Shown here piece after piece: positions 34,486-47,155 of a DNA stretch of 64,000 bases; the stretch's first letter is position 1; each line of letters begins with the position of its first letter. Below the pieces are notes generated by a model. That model was not told where the DNA came from, did not search any database, and saw nothing but the letters and a program-made list of their open reading frames with translations. Both the position numbers and the translations under genes were made by a program. Source of the stretch: Escherichia coli (GTDB taxonomy: Bacteria; Pseudomonadota; Gammaproteobacteria; Enterobacterales; Enterobacteriaceae); NCBI RefSeq assembly GCF_013122565.1, contig NZ_CP053258.1; one strand, written 5' to 3'.

Positions 34486-34872
34486 ATGCCAAAATCCGTA
34501 ATTATTCCCGCTGGCAGCAGCGCACCGCTGGCCCCCTTCGTTCCCGGCACGCTGGCTGATGGCGTGGTGTATGTCTCCGGTACGCTGGCTTTTGATCAAC
34601 ATAATAACGTGCTGTTTGCCGATGACCCAAAGGCGCAAACCCGCCACGTTCTGGAAACTATCCGCAAGGTGATCGAGACGGCGGGTGGCACGATGGCGGA
34701 TGTGACCTTCAACAGCATCTTTATTACCGACTGGAAAAATTACGCCGCGATTAACGAAATCTACGCCGAGTTTTTTCCGGGTGATAAACCGGCGCGATTC
34801 TGCATTCAGTGCGGACTGGTAAAACCTGACGCGCTGGTGGAAATCGCCACAATTGCGCATATCGCCAAGTGA
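34486..34872 (+). CDS. rutC: RutC, aminoacrylate peracid reductase (RidA/YjgF family)
   Basis: 128 aa, [22 protein letters not shown]... Confidence 0.95.
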
Positions 34873-34879
34873 GGCCGCG

Positions 34880-35680
34880 ATGAAACTTTCACTCTCACCT
34901 CCCCCTTATGCTGATGCACCCGTAGTGGTGTTGATTTCGGGTCTTGGCGGTAGCGGCAGTTACTGGTTACCGCAACTGGCGGTGCTGGAGCAGGAGTATC
35001 AGGTAGTCTGTTACGACCAGCGCGGCACCGGCAATAATCCCGACACGCTGGCAGAAGATTACAGTATCGCCCAGATGGCAGCGGAACTGCATCAGGCGCT
35101 GGTAGCCGCAGGGATTGAGCGTTACGCGATGGTCGGCCATGCGCTCGGTGCGCTGGTGGGGATGCAGCTGGCGCTGGATTATCCCTCGTCGGTAACTATG
35201 CTGGTCAGCGTTAACGGCTGGCTACGAATAAACGCCCATACTCGCCGCTGTTTTCAGGTTCGCGAACGATTACTGTATAGCGGCGGCGCGCAGGCATGGG
35301 TGGAAGCGCAGCCGTTGTTCCTCTATCCCGCCGACTGGATGGCGGCCCGCGCACCTCGCCTGGAGGCAGAAGACGCGCTGGCACTGGCGCATTTTCAGGG
35401 CAAAAATAATTTACTGCGTCGACTTAACGCCCTCAAACGCGCTGACTTTAGTCACCATGCGGATCGCATCCGCTGCCCGGTGCAAATCATCTGCGCCAGT
35501 GATGATCTGCTGGTGCCATCAGCATGTTCCAGTGAACTTCATGCCGCCCTGCCCGATAGCCAGAAAATGGTGATGCGCTATGGCGGACACGCCTGCAACG
35601 TGACCGATCCCGAAACGTTTAATGCTCTGTTACTCAACGGGCTTGCCAGCCTGTTACATCACCGTGAAGCCGCCCTGTAA
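34880..35680 (+). CDS. rutD: RutD, aminoacrylate hydrolase (alpha/beta hydrolase)
   Basis: 266 aa from [26 protein letters not shown]; the ORF extends 9 codons upstream. Confidence 0.95.
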   Translation: MKLSLSPPPYADAPVVVLISGLGGSGSYWLPQLAVLEQEYQVVCYDQRGTGNNPDTLAEDYSIAQMAAELHQALVAAGIERYAMVGHALGALVGMQLALDYPSSVTMLVSVNGWLRINAHTRRCFQVRERLLYSGGAQAWVEAQPLFLYPADWMAARAPRLEAEDALALAHFQGKNNLLRRLNALKRADFSHHADRIRCPVQIICASDDLLVPSACSSELHAALPDSQKMVMRYGGHACNVTDPETFNALLLNGLASLLHHREAAL

Positions 35681-35689
35681 GGAATTGCT

Positions 35690-36280
35690 ATGAACGAAGC
35701 CGTTAGCCCAGGTGCGCTTAGCACCCTGTTCACCGATGCCCGCACTCACAACGGCTGGCGGGAGACACCCGTCAGCGATGAGACGTTACGGGAGCTTTAT
35801 GCCCTGATGAAATGGGGGCCGACATCAGCTAACTGTTCTCCGGCAAGGATCGTGTTTATCCGCACTGCAGAAGGAAAAGAACGTCTGCGCCCGGCGCTTT
35901 CCAGCGCCAATCTGCAAAAAACCCTGACCGCGCCCGTCACCGCTATCGTCGCCTGGGACAGTGAATTTTATGAACGGTTACCACTACTGTTTCCCCACGG
36001 TGATGCCCGCAGTTGGTTTACCTCCAGCCCACAACTTGCCGAAGAAACAGCGTTTCGCAACAGTTCCATGCAGGCGGCCTATCTGATCGTCGCCTGTCGT
36101 GCGCTGGGACTGGATACCGGCCCGATGTCGGGTTTTGACCGTCAACACGTAGACGACGCTTTTTTTGCAGGCAGCACGCTGAAGAGCAATCTGCTGATTA
36201 ATATCGGCTATGGCGATAGCAGCAAACTTTTTGCGCGCCTGCCACGTCTGTCCTTTGAAGAAGCCTGCGGGCTGTTGTAA
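35690..36280 (+). CDS. rutE: RutE, malonic semialdehyde reductase (nitroreductase family)
   Basis: 196 aa, [25 protein letters not shown]... Confidence 0.95.
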   Translation: MNEAVSPGALSTLFTDARTHNGWRETPVSDETLRELYALMKWGPTSANCSPARIVFIRTAEGKERLRPALSSANLQKTLTAPVTAIVAWDSEFYERLPLLFPHGDARSWFTSSPQLAEETAFRNSSMQAAYLIVACRALGLDTGPMSGFDRQHVDDAFFAGSTLKSNLLINIGYGDSSKLFARLPRLSFEEACGLL

Positions 36281-36290
36281 GGAGCAAACC

Positions 36291-36785
36291 ATGAACATTG
36301 TCGATCAACAAACCTTTCGCGATGCGATGTCCTGTATGGGCGCGGCAGTCAATATCATCACCACGGACGGTCCAGCCGGGCGCGCCGGGTTCACCGCCAG
36401 CGCCGTCTGCAGCGTAACCGACACGCCTCCCACATTACTGGTGTGCCTGAATCGTGGGGCGTCCGTCTGGCCGGTATTCAATGAAAATCGAACGCTGTGT
36501 GTAAATACACTTAGCGCCGGGCAGGAGCCGCTTTCAAACCTTTTTGGCGGCAAAACGCCCATGGAACACCGCTTTGCCGCCGCCCGCTGGCAGACGGGTG
36601 TGACCGGATGCCCGCAACTGGAAGAGGCACTGGTTTCGTTTGACTGCCGTATCAGCCAGGTGGTGAGCGTCGGCACCCACGACATTCTGTTTTGCGCCAT
36701 CGAAGCGATTCATCGTCACGCCACCCCCTACGGGCTGGTGTGGTTTGATCGCAGTTATCACGCGCTGATGCGCCCTGCTTGTTAA
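36291..36785 (+). CDS. rutF: RutF, flavin reductase
   Basis: 164 aa from [19 protein letters not shown] upstream; the ORF extends further upstream in frame. Confidence 0.95.
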
Positions 36786-36805
36786 CCTCCTTAAGGAGAC
36801 GGCTG

Positions 36806-38134
36806 ATGGCAATGTTCGGTTTTCCTCACTGGCAGTTAAAATCGACCTCTACAGAGAGCGGCGTGGTCGCGCCGGATGAACGATTGCCGTTTGCTCAGAC
36901 GGCAATAATGGGCGTTCAACACGCGGTGGCGATGTTTGGCGCGACGGTGTTAATGCCGATTCTGATGGGGCTGGATCCCAATCTTTCCATTTTAATGTCG
37001 GGGATCGGCACGTTACTGTTTTTCTTTATTACCGGAGGACGCGTTCCCAGTTATCTCGGCTCCAGCGCGGCTTTTGTTGGTGTGGTGATTGCTGCAACGG
37101 GCTTTAACGGCCAGGGCATTAACCCGAATATCAGCATTGCGCTGGGCGGGATTATCGCCTGTGGGCTGGTTTATACCGTCATTGGCCTGGTGGTGATGAA
37201 AATCGGTACGCGCTGGATTGAACGGCTGATGCCGCCGGTGGTGACGGGTGCGGTGGTGATGGCGATTGGCCTGAACTTAGCGCCTATCGCAGTGAAAAGT
37301 GTATCGGCTTCGGCCTTTGATAGCTGGATGGCGGTAATGACAGTGCTGTGTATTGGGCTGGTGGCGGTGTTTACCCGTGGCATGATCCAGCGGTTATTGA
37401 TTCTCGTAGGATTAATTGTCGCCTGTCTGCTGTATGGCGTGATGACCAACGTTTTAGGGATGGGAAAAGCCGTCGATTTTACTCTCGTCAGCCATGCTGC
37501 CTGGTTCGGTTTGCCACATTTTTCCACTCCTGCTTTTAATGGTCAGGCAATGATGCTGATTGCGCCCGTGGCGGTGATTCTGGTGGCGGAAAACTTAGGT
37601 CATCTCAAGGCGGTCGCCGGGATGACCGGACGCAATATGGACCCATATATGGGGCGGGCATTCGTCGGTGATGGTCTGGCAACGATGCTTTCCGGCTCTG
37701 TCGGCGGTAGCGGCGTCACCACCTATGCTGAAAATATCGGTGTGATGGCCGTGACAAAAGTCTACTCGACGCTGGTGTTTGTTGCTGCTGCCGTCATCGC
37801 CATGCTGTTGGGCTTTTCACCGAAATTTGGCGCGCTGATCCATACCATTCCGGCCGCGGTGATTGGTGGTGCATCAATTGTTGTGTTCGGGCTGATTGCC
37901 GTCGCAGGCGCAAGGATATGGGTACAAAACCGTGTCGATTTAAGCCAGAACGGTAATTTGATTATGGTCGCAGTAACCTTAGTGCTGGGCGCGGGTGATT
38001 TTGCTCTCACGCTGGGCGGTTTTACGTTGGGAGGAATCGGTACAGCAACCTTTGGCGCGATTTTACTCAATGCGTTATTAAGCAGAAGGTTGGTTGACGT
38101 TCCACCGCCAGAAGTTGTTCATCAGGAGCCATAA
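36806..38134 (+). CDS. rutG: RutG, pyrimidine (uracil) permease, NCS2 family
   Basis: 442 aa from MAMFGFPHWQLKST... Confidence 0.95.
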   Translation: MAMFGFPHWQLKSTSTESGVVAPDERLPFAQTAIMGVQHAVAMFGATVLMPILMGLDPNLSILMSGIGTLLFFFITGGRVPSYLGSSAAFVGVVIAATGFNGQGINPNISIALGGIIACGLVYTVIGLVVMKIGTRWIERLMPPVVTGAVVMAIGLNLAPIAVKSVSASAFDSWMAVMTVLCIGLVAVFTRGMIQRLLILVGLIVACLLYGVMTNVLGMGKAVDFTLVSHAAWFGLPHFSTPAFNGQAMMLIAPVAVILVAENLGHLKAVAGMTGRNMDPYMGRAFVGDGLATMLSGSVGGSGVTTYAENIGVMAVTKVYSTLVFVAAAVIAMLLGFSPKFGALIHTIPAAVIGGASIVVFGLIAVAGARIWVQNRVDLSQNGNLIMVAVTLVLGAGDFALTLGGFTLGGIGTATFGAILLNALLSRRLVDVPPPEVVHQEP

Positions 38135-38142
38135 ACAGAAAA

Positions 38143-38175
38143 CCGCCGGGATTACCGGCGGTGATGGCTTTTTGA
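38143..38175 (+). terminator. Putative intrinsic terminator downstream of rutG
   Basis: ccgccgg-gatta-ccggcgg hairpin followed by tgatggcttttt. Confidence 0.4.
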
Positions 38176-38215
38176 CGAGCTTAAGAAAAAATGCATTCGT
38201 CATTGATTAACCCGG

Positions 38216-38389
38216 CTAGTTGTCGCTTTTGCCGTGACTGCTCTTGCCACCTTTTTTACCTGCTTCAGATGCGCGCTGCGGGTCATTCTTGAAATTACCC
38301 CCGCTGTGCTGTCCACCTTTTTTACCTGCTTCTGATGCTCTTTCGCGGTCTTCTGCAAAATTGCCGGAACCGCCTCGATGGTTTGCCAT
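38216..38389 (-). CDS. ymdF: YmdF, KGG-repeat stress-induced small protein
   Basis: 57 aa from MANHRGGSGNFAEDRERASEAGKKGG...; internal RASEAGKKGG repeats. Confidence 0.85.
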   Translation of the reverse strand: MANHRGGSGNFAEDRERASEAGKKGGQHSGGNFKNDPQRASEAGKKGGKSSHGKSDN

Positions 38390-38743
38390 TACTGACCTCC
38401 GTCTGGGTATAGACATCATATTGCATAGAATTAACGCGGCGTATGGCGGCTGCCATATTTTCGCTACGTGGGACTAAGCTTAGTGAACTGACGCGGGCAG
38501 ACCAGCGTTTGGTAATATCCTGCAACAGCTTCTTAGCGAGAATAGATATCATCTCCAACAATTATCCATAAGCCACTCTTATGATTAAAAAAACGCGATG
38601 AGATAAAAATGTGTCATTTTGCGACAAAATTACGTGCTTGTGAAAGTTGTTATAAATCAAATAAGTGGTTGTGAAATTTGCACTCTGAAAAGGACGTCTT
38701 ATCTTTAAATAAGTGGTAGCGAATCGCTACGGAATAGAGATAA

Positions 38744-39358
<615 letters not shown>

Positions 39359-39378
39359 TCTTCAACAGGAGGATACGC

Positions 39379-39606
39379 ATGCCAACTCAAGAAGCGAAAG
39401 CTCATCACGTCGGTGAATGGGCATCTCTGCGCAATACGTCGCCGGAAATAGCCGAGGCCATTTTCGAAGTCGCCGGGTACGACGAAAAAATGGCAGAAAA
39501 GATTTGGGAAGAAGGTAGCGATGAAGTGTTAGTCAAAGCCTTTGCTAAGACCGATAAAGATTCGCTTTTTTGGGGCGAACAGACCATCGAACGTAAAAAC
39601 GTTTAA
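39379..39606 (+). CDS. yccJ: YccJ, small protein co-transcribed with wrbA
   Basis: 75 aa, [37 protein letters not shown]...; GGAG SD. Confidence 0.9.
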
Positions 39607-39612
39607 CCAGCG

Positions 39613-39642
39613 ACTCCCCCGCTTCTCGCGGGGGAGTTTTCT
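39613..39642. terminator. Bidirectional rho-independent terminator between the convergent yccJ and agp genes
   Basis: actcccccgc-ttct-cgcgggggagt hairpin followed by ttttctgtt. Confidence 0.65.
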
Positions 39643-39643
39643 G

Positions 39644-40885
39644 TTATTTCACCGCTTCATTCAACACGCTATCAAACTTATCCATCGGGCAGAAACCGTT
39701 GGCATCTATCGGGCAACCGCTTAATTCCAGCGTCACGCGCTGCGCAGGTGCCTGCAGGGTTAACGCATCGGCATTACGTAACTGTTCCGCACTCTGGTAC
39801 ACATACTCGATTTTCATCAAATCGCGATTGGCTTTGCTGTCATGCCAACGCTGGAAAACGATTTTGCCGCCAATCGGCGTGCGTTCGTTCTGGTCATGCA
39901 ACTGATACGGTTTGAAATCCAGCGCCGTTAACAGAGAGGCTATATTGGAGTCGTGCCCAACTAACACCGTGATTTTCGGAGCACTGGCGCGATCGGTGAC
40001 CATGGCTTTGTCGATATAACTGACCAGCGGTTTCGCAACATTGCGCGCCACTTCCGGTGAGGTAAACAGGCTGTCCTGGTAACCGTTTTTCAGCTTCGAC
40101 AATACCTTCCACTGCTGGTCAGATTTGATTTCTCCCCAGGCCACCTGATCCATCGGAAAACCTTCGTAATATTGCAAAGTAAACGCATCTACCAGCGAGT
40201 TGCCGACTTTCAGCGGCCCGGAAACACCTGGTTCTTGTTGATACTTGGCGCTAAAGGTATTTTTGCCATCCACCAGCGAACACTGTTGTTTCTCTTTACA
40301 GGCAGGGGAATCTTTATAGTTAACGATTTTTTCCAGTAGCTGGTAGCTGTCGGTAAGCTGGAGTTTGCTGAGCTCTTTCTCCATTGCAGCCACCGCCTTT
40401 TCACTGAATGCGGCGGAATCATCGGTGATCACCGGGTTAAAGGTTGGGTCCATGGTGCCCATTTTTTCCTGGTGATGCACAGGAATATCACACCCCGGGA
40501 ATGCGCCGGTAATAAAGAACTGTGCGGTCGCAACGGTACGTTGCAGACTATTGGCATAGGCATAAACGGTGTCCGGCGGCGGGCATTCCCCCGATTTCAC
40601 CATCCCCTGCTCTGCCAGCCATTCACGCATGTAATGGCCCATATACACTTCGAGCACGCCACCTTTGGTGGTGAGTTGCCCACCAGGGACGTCCCATTCA
40701 GGCCATTTATTCGGCGTCGACTGCTCCAGCACGCTGCCATTATTGGCCAGCGGCGCACGTAAGTTATGGCGGCTCATCATGAGCACTTGCTGCAGCTGAT
40801 AGCCTTCCGGTACGGTTTGTGCCTGAGCGTTTGAAGCGAGTAAAACTATCCCTGCCACAGCTGCGGCGATTAGCGTTTTGTTCAT
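39644..40885 (-). CDS. agp: Agp, periplasmic glucose-1-phosphatase (histidine acid phosphatase)
   Basis: 413 aa from [29 protein letters not shown] active-site motif. Confidence 0.95.
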   Translation of the reverse strand: MNKTLIAAAVAGIVLLASNAQAQTVPEGYQLQQVLMMSRHNLRAPLANNGSVLEQSTPNKWPEWDVPGGQLTTKGGVLEVYMGHYMREWLAEQGMVKSGECPPPDTVYAYANSLQRTVATAQFFITGAFPGCDIPVHHQEKMGTMDPTFNPVITDDSAAFSEKAVAAMEKELSKLQLTDSYQLLEKIVNYKDSPACKEKQQCSLVDGKNTFSAKYQQEPGVSGPLKVGNSLVDAFTLQYYEGFPMDQVAWGEIKSDQQWKVLSKLKNGYQDSLFTSPEVARNVAKPLVSYIDKAMVTDRASAPKITVLVGHDSNIASLLTALDFKPYQLHDQNERTPIGGKIVFQRWHDSKANRDLMKIEYVYQSAEQLRNADALTLQAPAQRVTLELSGCPIDANGFCPMDKFDSVLNEAVK

Positions 40886-41175
40886 TCCTGGCACCTCTTT
40901 TGTTATCAATCACTAAAGAGTGTGACAGAAATATGACTTTTTTCCGGGAACAGGTTCGCAAAATGGCTTGTTGAACGGCTGTTTTTATATTCATCTTTAA
41001 AAACAGGCAAGGTTTGACGCAAACTATGCCTGATTAGCCCCTGCCTCGCGTACGCCGCTGATGATTGCACCTGTGGCTAAACAGAATATCTGCGGCGTTA
41101 CCAATACAGAGGCAATATTTACCAATAAAAAAGTGTGAGACTAATAACAATGGTTTTTAGCACATACCTTTGTCA

Positions 41176-42435
41176 TTAAATTGCATAACGATTTAAATAG
41201 TCGAGTTGCGCATTCATTTCCTTATTTTTTAACTTATAAGCCTGAGAAAAAAGTTCAGGAGGGAGGTAAACGTCATAATGATTGCCAGTGTTTATTAAAT
41301 AACCATACTCAAGATCTTCATCTGTTGAAAAGGATTCATTCCCTAAGGAGATTGATGCCACATTACTGTAAACAATAAATAATGAGCAAATGCTATCTGA
41401 AAGAGCAGTGAGGAAATTTTTCACCTCATTAACCCTCTGCTCTGGATCGGTGTCTAAAACAAGGCGTACCTTGTTATCATTAAATATAAATTCGGGTAAA
41501 TGCAGTATGCATTTTTTGTCATTCAAGCAACTATCAATAAATCCTTTTTTAAAATACAAAAAACTCCATGATAAAAAACTACCCTCCCCCTGGATTTTAT
41601 TATCAGATTGCAACTCAACGCCGAATAATGTCTTTACATCTTCCCTGAGATCATTGAATGCCGCATCAACAAGAGCCTCGATCGTTTGTTTATCAACCAT
41701 TTCAATGAATTCGTCGTAAACTTCCTTTTGCGTTTTATAACTGCCCAGTGCCCATGAATAATCGTGTTGTTTTAAAACCAGTATAGCTCTTAACAGACAA
41801 TATCCATCGCCATCTACAGGAGCATATTTTAATCCTAATGCCTGGTTAGTTTCACTCTGAATAAAAGATATACCAGATAAATCAATACCAGTATCTAAAT
41901 CAGATATTCCCGGCGTATTTATCCGTTCTGACTGGATACTCATATTTTCATCATCATCTAAACAATACTCAGAAAAAACATCATCACACGCATTAATGTT
42001 TTCAATATATTCCATAAAGCCATACCAATAATAACCTTTAAAATCTGTGATAGACTCTGAACCTCTGCCCGGCAAGGACACTCTAACAATATCAACATCT
42101 CGATCATGTTGTATAGTATATGTAATACCTCCTGAAACCCCTGAATAAATTTGTTTATCATTAGTACGCAATGTTTTCATAAATAATGATAAATCATTAT
42201 CATTCTGTATTTCCTCAAATTCTTTTTCTAGTGAATCGCATTCCAGGCATGGAATGTAGTCTTCAGCTTGTTGACGTCTGATTTCTTTATACAACCGTAT
42301 AAAACACACCAGTGTGTTTTCAAAAAGCGTGATTGAATATGTTTGATTTTTTTCGTACTCATTTTTTATATCGTTCCAGGCTTGCTTCAAATAATTATTT
42401 GCAGTGCAACTAATTCCATGTATATTACTACTCAT
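41176..42435 (-). CDS. yccE: YccE, uncharacterised protein
   Basis: 419 aa, low-GC, acidic; order and size match K-12 yccE. Confidence 0.8.
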   Translation of the reverse strand: MSSNIHGISCTANNYLKQAWNDIKNEYEKNQTYSITLFENTLVCFIRLYKEIRRQQAEDYIPCLECDSLEKEFEEIQNDNDLSLFMKTLRTNDKQIYSGVSGGITYTIQHDRDVDIVRVSLPGRGSESITDFKGYYWYGFMEYIENINACDDVFSEYCLDDDENMSIQSERINTPGISDLDTGIDLSGISFIQSETNQALGLKYAPVDGDGYCLLRAILVLKQHDYSWALGSYKTQKEVYDEFIEMVDKQTIEALVDAAFNDLREDVKTLFGVELQSDNKIQGEGSFLSWSFLYFKKGFIDSCLNDKKCILHLPEFIFNDNKVRLVLDTDPEQRVNEVKNFLTALSDSICSLFIVYSNVASISLGNESFSTDEDLEYGYLINTGNHYDVYLPPELFSQAYKLKNKEMNAQLDYLNRYAI

Positions 42436-42694
42436 ATATAGCGCCTATAAAATTTAATAAATAATGACGCCCCAGTTAAACTTAAAGTGCCTGGTTCCAC
42501 TATCAAAAATCGCTCACCCTTTTTCACCTGTTTAAAATATGTTCCCCCCCCCACCTTGAAGCGACCTCCTCTCCGCGATAATTTCAATAACATATTCTGT
42601 GTTGGCATATGAAATTTTGAGGATTACCCTACACTTATAGGAGTTACCTTACAGGGGTTCCTTCAATTTGTGTTGATTTACGCGAGATAACGCT

Positions 42695-43615
42695 ATGGAA
42701 TTAAAGGATTATTACGCCATCATGGGCGTGAAACCGACGGACGATCTCAAGACAATCAAGACCGCCTATCGTCGACTGGCCCGCAAATACCATCCTGATG
42801 TCAGCAAAGAACCGGATGCCGAAGCCCGCTTCAAAGAGGTCGCTGAAGCCTGGGAAGTGTTAAGTGATGAACAACGTCGCGCTGAGTATGATCAGATGTG
42901 GCAACATCGCAACGATCCGCAATTTAACCGTCAGTTCCATCATGGCGACGGTCAGAGTTTTAATGCCGAAGATTTTGATGATATCTTCTCGTCAATTTTC
43001 GGTCAGCATGCCCGCCAGAGCCGTCAACGCCCCGCCACACGCGGCCACGATATTGAAATCGAAGTGGCGGTATTCCTCGAAGAAACGCTTACTGAGCATA
43101 AGCGTACCATCAGCTATAACCTGCCGGTTTATAACGCCTTTGGCATGATCGAACAGGAAATTCCGAAAACGCTGAATGTGAAGATCCCGGCGGGCGTCGG
43201 CAATGGTCAACGCATCCGTCTGAAAGGCCAGGGGACGCCGGGCGAAAACGGCGGTCCAAATGGCGATTTGTGGCTGGTGATTCATATTGCGCCACATCCG
43301 CTGTTTGATATTGTCGGCCAGGATCTGGAAATTGTGGTGCCGGTTAGCCCGTGGGAAGCGGCGCTGGGTGCTAAAGTCACCGTTCCAACACTGAAAGAAA
43401 GCATTTTGCTGACTATCCCGCCTGGCAGCCAGGCCGGGCAACGATTGCGCGTTAAAGGCAAAGGTCTGGTGAGCAAAAAACAGACCGGCGATCTGTATGC
43501 GGTACTGAAAATCGTGATGCCGCCGAAACCGGATGAAAACACTGCCGCGCTGTGGCAGCAACTGGCAGACGCCCAGTCATCTTTTGATCCACGTAAAGAT
43601 TGGGGGAAAGCATAA
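42695..43615 (+). CDS. cbpA: CbpA, curved-DNA-binding DnaJ-like co-chaperone
   Basis: 306 aa; J-domain (DYYAIMGV...HPD). Confidence 0.95.
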
Positions 43616-43920
43616 TGGCTAATGTTACGGTGACTTTTACTATTACCGAATTTTGCCTGCATACCGGCATCTCTGAAGAGGAGTTGAATGAAATTGTCGG
43701 TTTGGGGGTGGTTGAACCGCGTGAGATCCAGGAAACAACCTGGGTATTTGACGACCATGCCGCCATTGTGGTGCAACGCGCGGTACGTCTACGTCATGAA
43801 CTGGCTCTGGACTGGCCGGGGATCGCGGTGGCGCTGACGTTAATGGATGATATTGCGCACCTGAAGCAGGAAAACCGCCTGCTGCGCCAGCGGCTTTCCC
43901 GGTTTGTAGCTCATCCGTGA
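43615..43920 (+). CDS. cbpM: CbpM, modulator of CbpA
   Basis: 101 aa from [18 protein letters not shown]; start overlaps the cbpA stop. Confidence 0.9.
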
Positions 43921-43927
43921 TGTGTGT

Positions 43928-44003
43928 TTGCCGGATGTGATGACGCATCCGGCAACTGCGCCATAATGCCTGATGCGACGCTAAACGCGTCTTTTCAGGC
44001 GCA
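43928..44003. repeat. REP elements between cbpM and torD
   Basis: gccggatgtgatgacgcatccggc and gcctgatgcgacgctaaacgcgtcttttcaggcgc palindromes. Confidence 0.6.
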
Positions 44004-44012
44004 CAAACGACG

Positions 44013-44612
44013 TTATCTGTTTTGGTGGTCGCACTCCACTAACACCAGCAATAACTGGCTTAGTGCCGCGTAAAAACCAAAGCTGTCATGCTGATGGCAA
44101 CGCGCAGCAAACTCTGGTAACCATTGCCGCAGCGCCGTCAGTGTTTTTTGCCGCAAACTGTCGATTCTTCGCGCAGGAACGGTCCCCTCTCCCAGCGAAA
44201 AATGCAGATGGCTGAGCAACTCGAGATAGATCGCCAGATGGTCTGCCGGTTCGTTGAAATTGCCGCTGGTTTCCATCCCTGCCTCAACTAACAAGCGTTT
44301 AATCTCTTGCTCGTCCTGTTTGTAGGCCGATGCATACGGCAGCGCAGCTTGTTTGTCGGTCATCAGAAACAGGCCGCAAAAGTCAGCGGCCAGTTCCAGA
44401 CGGGCATCGTCACGTACTGTCAGAGTGGCAATACGGTTTTCCAGCTCATTCACCGCCGCAGTGAGCGGCGGTTCGCTTTTCAGCAACGAAAACCATTCAG
44501 CCATCTGCGCACTGGCGATTTGCGTCAGTTGTTCATCGTCCAGTTCACAGGAGAACAACTGCGCCAGCCAGGCGTAAACACAGGCAATCTGTTGTGCTGT
44601 CAGCGTGGTCAT
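44013..44612 (-). CDS. torD: TorD, TorA-specific chaperone
   Basis: 199 aa from [20 protein letters not shown]... Confidence 0.95.
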   Translation of the reverse strand: MTTLTAQQIACVYAWLAQLFSCELDDEQLTQIASAQMAEWFSLLKSEPPLTAAVNELENRIATLTVRDDARLELAADFCGLFLMTDKQAALPYASAYKQDEQEIKRLLVEAGMETSGNFNEPADHLAIYLELLSHLHFSLGEGTVPARRIDSLRQKTLTALRQWLPEFAARCHQHDSFGFYAALSQLLLVLVECDHQNR

Positions 44613-47155
44613 GATTTCACCTGCGACGCGGGAACATATTCGCACTGCGCCACCATCTCCACGGGGCCGTTAAACGCCGTCACCTGCTCCACTGTTCCGT
44701 TGTACTTCTCAATTTCCACCAGCGTAGTGTGCGCACTGGTCGCCTGCGCCAGCTGCGAAGTACCGATGTCGATGGTCAACACGTTGGGGTTACCGTATTT
44801 GCACAGCGCACCAGGCTCGCCGCCTTTATCTGGATCGTACCATGCCCCTTCGTGAATTCGTGCCACGCCGGGTGCATAGCGGTCAGAAACCACTGCCCCT
44901 GCCAACACCTGACCGCGAGCGTTAAAGACGCGTACCACATCACCGTGACGAATACCGCGCGCGCTGGCATCCTGCGGGTTAATGAACACTGGCTCTTTAC
45001 CCGCTACCGTATATTGCTGACGCAGCGTTTCCGACTCACATAACTGCGAGTGAAGTCGAAAATCCGGATGCACAGATTGCAGATGCAACGGATACTTCTG
45101 CGAGCCTGGCCCACCGTGGGAGCGTTCGATTTTCTCAAACCACATCGGATGCCCCTGACAATCGTCGTAGTTCATATCGGCGATGGTTTTCGAGTAGATC
45201 TCAATCAGGCCACTCGGCGTGCCCAGCGGTTCGAGATCCGGATCTTCGCGGAATGCCTGGTGGCGAACAAACATCTGCGGATGGTCAAACTCGACGTACT
45301 CTTTGTTATTCCAGAAGTCATCAAACGCTGGCAGATGAACGCCGCGTCCTTTGCCTTGTTGTACACCTTCCTGCCAGATGCGTTTCAGCCAGCCCATTTC
45401 GTCCAGCCCTTCGGTAAAGGCTTCTTCGCGATTAAAGCGACGGCACAGCTCGCGGAAAATATCAAAGTCGTTGCGCGCCTCGAACTGCGGCGGCACCACC
45501 TGTTTCATGGCGATAATGCCACGGTTGGAGTGGTTGCCGTACTGGTCGAGATCGTTACGCTCAAACTGCGTGGTCGCAGGCAGCACGATATCGGCAAAGC
45601 GGCAAGTTGAGGTCCACTGGTTATCTATGGCGATAACCGTTTCCAGCTTGCGCCAGCCTTCAATAATGCGGTTGATCTGCTGATGGCGATGGAATGGGTT
45701 AGTTCCGGCAAAAATACACATTTTCAGTGGCGGCAGTTTTACCGATTTACCGTTCCAGTTGATCACTTTCCCCGGTTCGAGGATCGCATCGATAAAACGG
45801 GCAATCGGAATGGTGCTGCTGTAGCCTTTGTAATCACTGTTGTCGTGAACAGGCGGAATCGACGTAGAGCCGGAGAAACCACTCAGAATAACGCCTTTAC
45901 GCCCCGGCGTGCCTGCGCCGTTATAGTGCCAGCCAAAACCAAAGCCACCACCTGGCAGGCCAATTTGCCCCAGCATCGCCGCCAGAACCACAATCATCCA
46001 CGCCCACTGTTCACCGTGCTGCATACGCTGTACGCACCAGCCAGCAATAATCTGCGTTCTGTTCGCCGCCATCTGGCGCGCCAGCCCACGAATGGTTTCG
46101 GCATCAATGCCGGTCAGTTTTTCAGCCCATGCGGCATCTTTCGGCTGACCGTCTTTCTCACCCAGCAGGTACGGCAGGAACTGCTCAAAACCTACACAGT
46201 AGTTAGCGAGGAAGTTTTTGTCGTACAGGTTTTCACTGTACAGCGTATACGCCAGCGCCAGTTGCAGCGGCACGTCAGTTTGCGGGTTAACCGCTATGTG
46301 CTTCACATGCTCGCGCCCCAGATACTCATGGGTGGATGTGACAACCGGATCGATGCTGATGACCTCAATTTCACCGGCGGCGACTTTCGCTTTTAGCTGC
46401 TCGTAATATTCATAAACATCGTGATCCGGGCACCACCAGTTCGCTTGCTGGTTTTTCAGCAAATCGGAGCCCCACAGCACAATGGTTTTGCTGTTCTGCA
46501 ATACCAGCGGCCAGGAGGTTTGCTGTTCATACACTTCCATTGAGCCAACCACGCGCGGCAGGATCACCTGCGCAGCACCGGTAGAGTAATCTCCGCCCGT
46601 ACCAACGCTATTACCATGCAAGGCAATAGCTTTCGCCAGCATCCCCGAAGCGTTATGGAACATCCCCGTCGATTGCCAACCACTGGCGGTCAGCAAGGCA
46701 CTCGGCCCGTGAGTTTTCTGTACGCGTTCCAGTTCTTCATAGAACATGTCGAGGGCTTCATCCCAAATCACGCGCACAAAACGGTTATCACCGCGCTGGG
46801 AGGTATCGCTGAGATGGCGCTTACGCAGCCAGTCCACGCGTACCATCGGATAACGAATACGCGCCGCGTTGTGTACGTGATCCGGCAATCCGGCAATCAT
46901 TTTCGAGGGATATTTATCCAGTTCGAACGGTTTTGCCGCCACAAAGCGACCATCCTTCACCGTCGCGCGGATAGCCCCCCAGTGCGACCCGGTAAGAATG
47001 CCCTCTTTCGAGATGACAGCCTCAGTCGCCGCTTGCGCCGCAGTCGCACGGCGCGGCGTTAACAATGACGGCCCCAGCATCCCGGCGACGGTTAAGCCGC
47101 CGAGTTGTGCCAGAAAACGCCGACGTGATGCCTGAAAGAGATCGTTATTGTTCAT
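44609..47155 (-). CDS. torA: TorA, periplasmic TMAO reductase (molybdoenzyme)
   Basis: 848 aa; Tat signal [20 protein letters not shown]. Confidence 0.95.
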   Translation of the reverse strand: MNNNDLFQASRRRFLAQLGGLTVAGMLGPSLLTPRRATAAQAATEAVISKEGILTGSHWGAIRATVKDGRFVAAKPFELDKYPSKMIAGLPDHVHNAARIRYPMVRVDWLRKRHLSDTSQRGDNRFVRVIWDEALDMFYEELERVQKTHGPSALLTASGWQSTGMFHNASGMLAKAIALHGNSVGTGGDYSTGAAQVILPRVVGSMEVYEQQTSWPLVLQNSKTIVLWGSDLLKNQQANWWCPDHDVYEYYEQLKAKVAAGEIEVISIDPVVTSTHEYLGREHVKHIAVNPQTDVPLQLALAYTLYSENLYDKNFLANYCVGFEQFLPYLLGEKDGQPKDAAWAEKLTGIDAETIRGLARQMAANRTQIIAGWCVQRMQHGEQWAWMIVVLAAMLGQIGLPGGGFGFGWHYNGAGTPGRKGVILSGFSGSTSIPPVHDNSDYKGYSSTIPIARFIDAILEPGKVINWNGKSVKLPPLKMCIFAGTNPFHRHQQINRIIEGWRKLETVIAIDNQWTSTCRFADIVLPATTQFERNDLDQYGNHSNRGIIAMKQVVPPQFEARNDFDIFRELCRRFNREEAFTEGLDEMGWLKRIWQEGVQQGKGRGVHLPAFDDFWNNKEYVEFDHPQMFVRHQAFREDPDLEPLGTPSGLIEIYSKTIADMNYDDCQGHPMWFEKIERSHGGPGSQKYPLHLQSVHPDFRLHSQLCESETLRQQYTVAGKEPVFINPQDASARGIRHGDVVRVFNARGQVLAGAVVSDRYAPGVARIHEGAWYDPDKGGEPGALCKYGNPNVLTIDIGTSQLAQATSAHTTLVEIEKYNGTVEQVTAFNGPVEMVAQCEYVPASQVKS

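Noticed and set aside
38216-38420. Apparent tandem DNA repeat inside ymdF
   Set aside because: It reflects the KGG-repeat protein's internal amino-acid repeats (RASEAGKKGG x2), not a mobile or CRISPR-type repeat.
45683-46396. 237-codon ORF antisense to torA (and similar ORFs at 45050..45610 and 46616..47062)
   Set aside because: Shadow ORFs inside a well-supported molybdoenzyme gene; Arg/Gln-rich, no domain signature.
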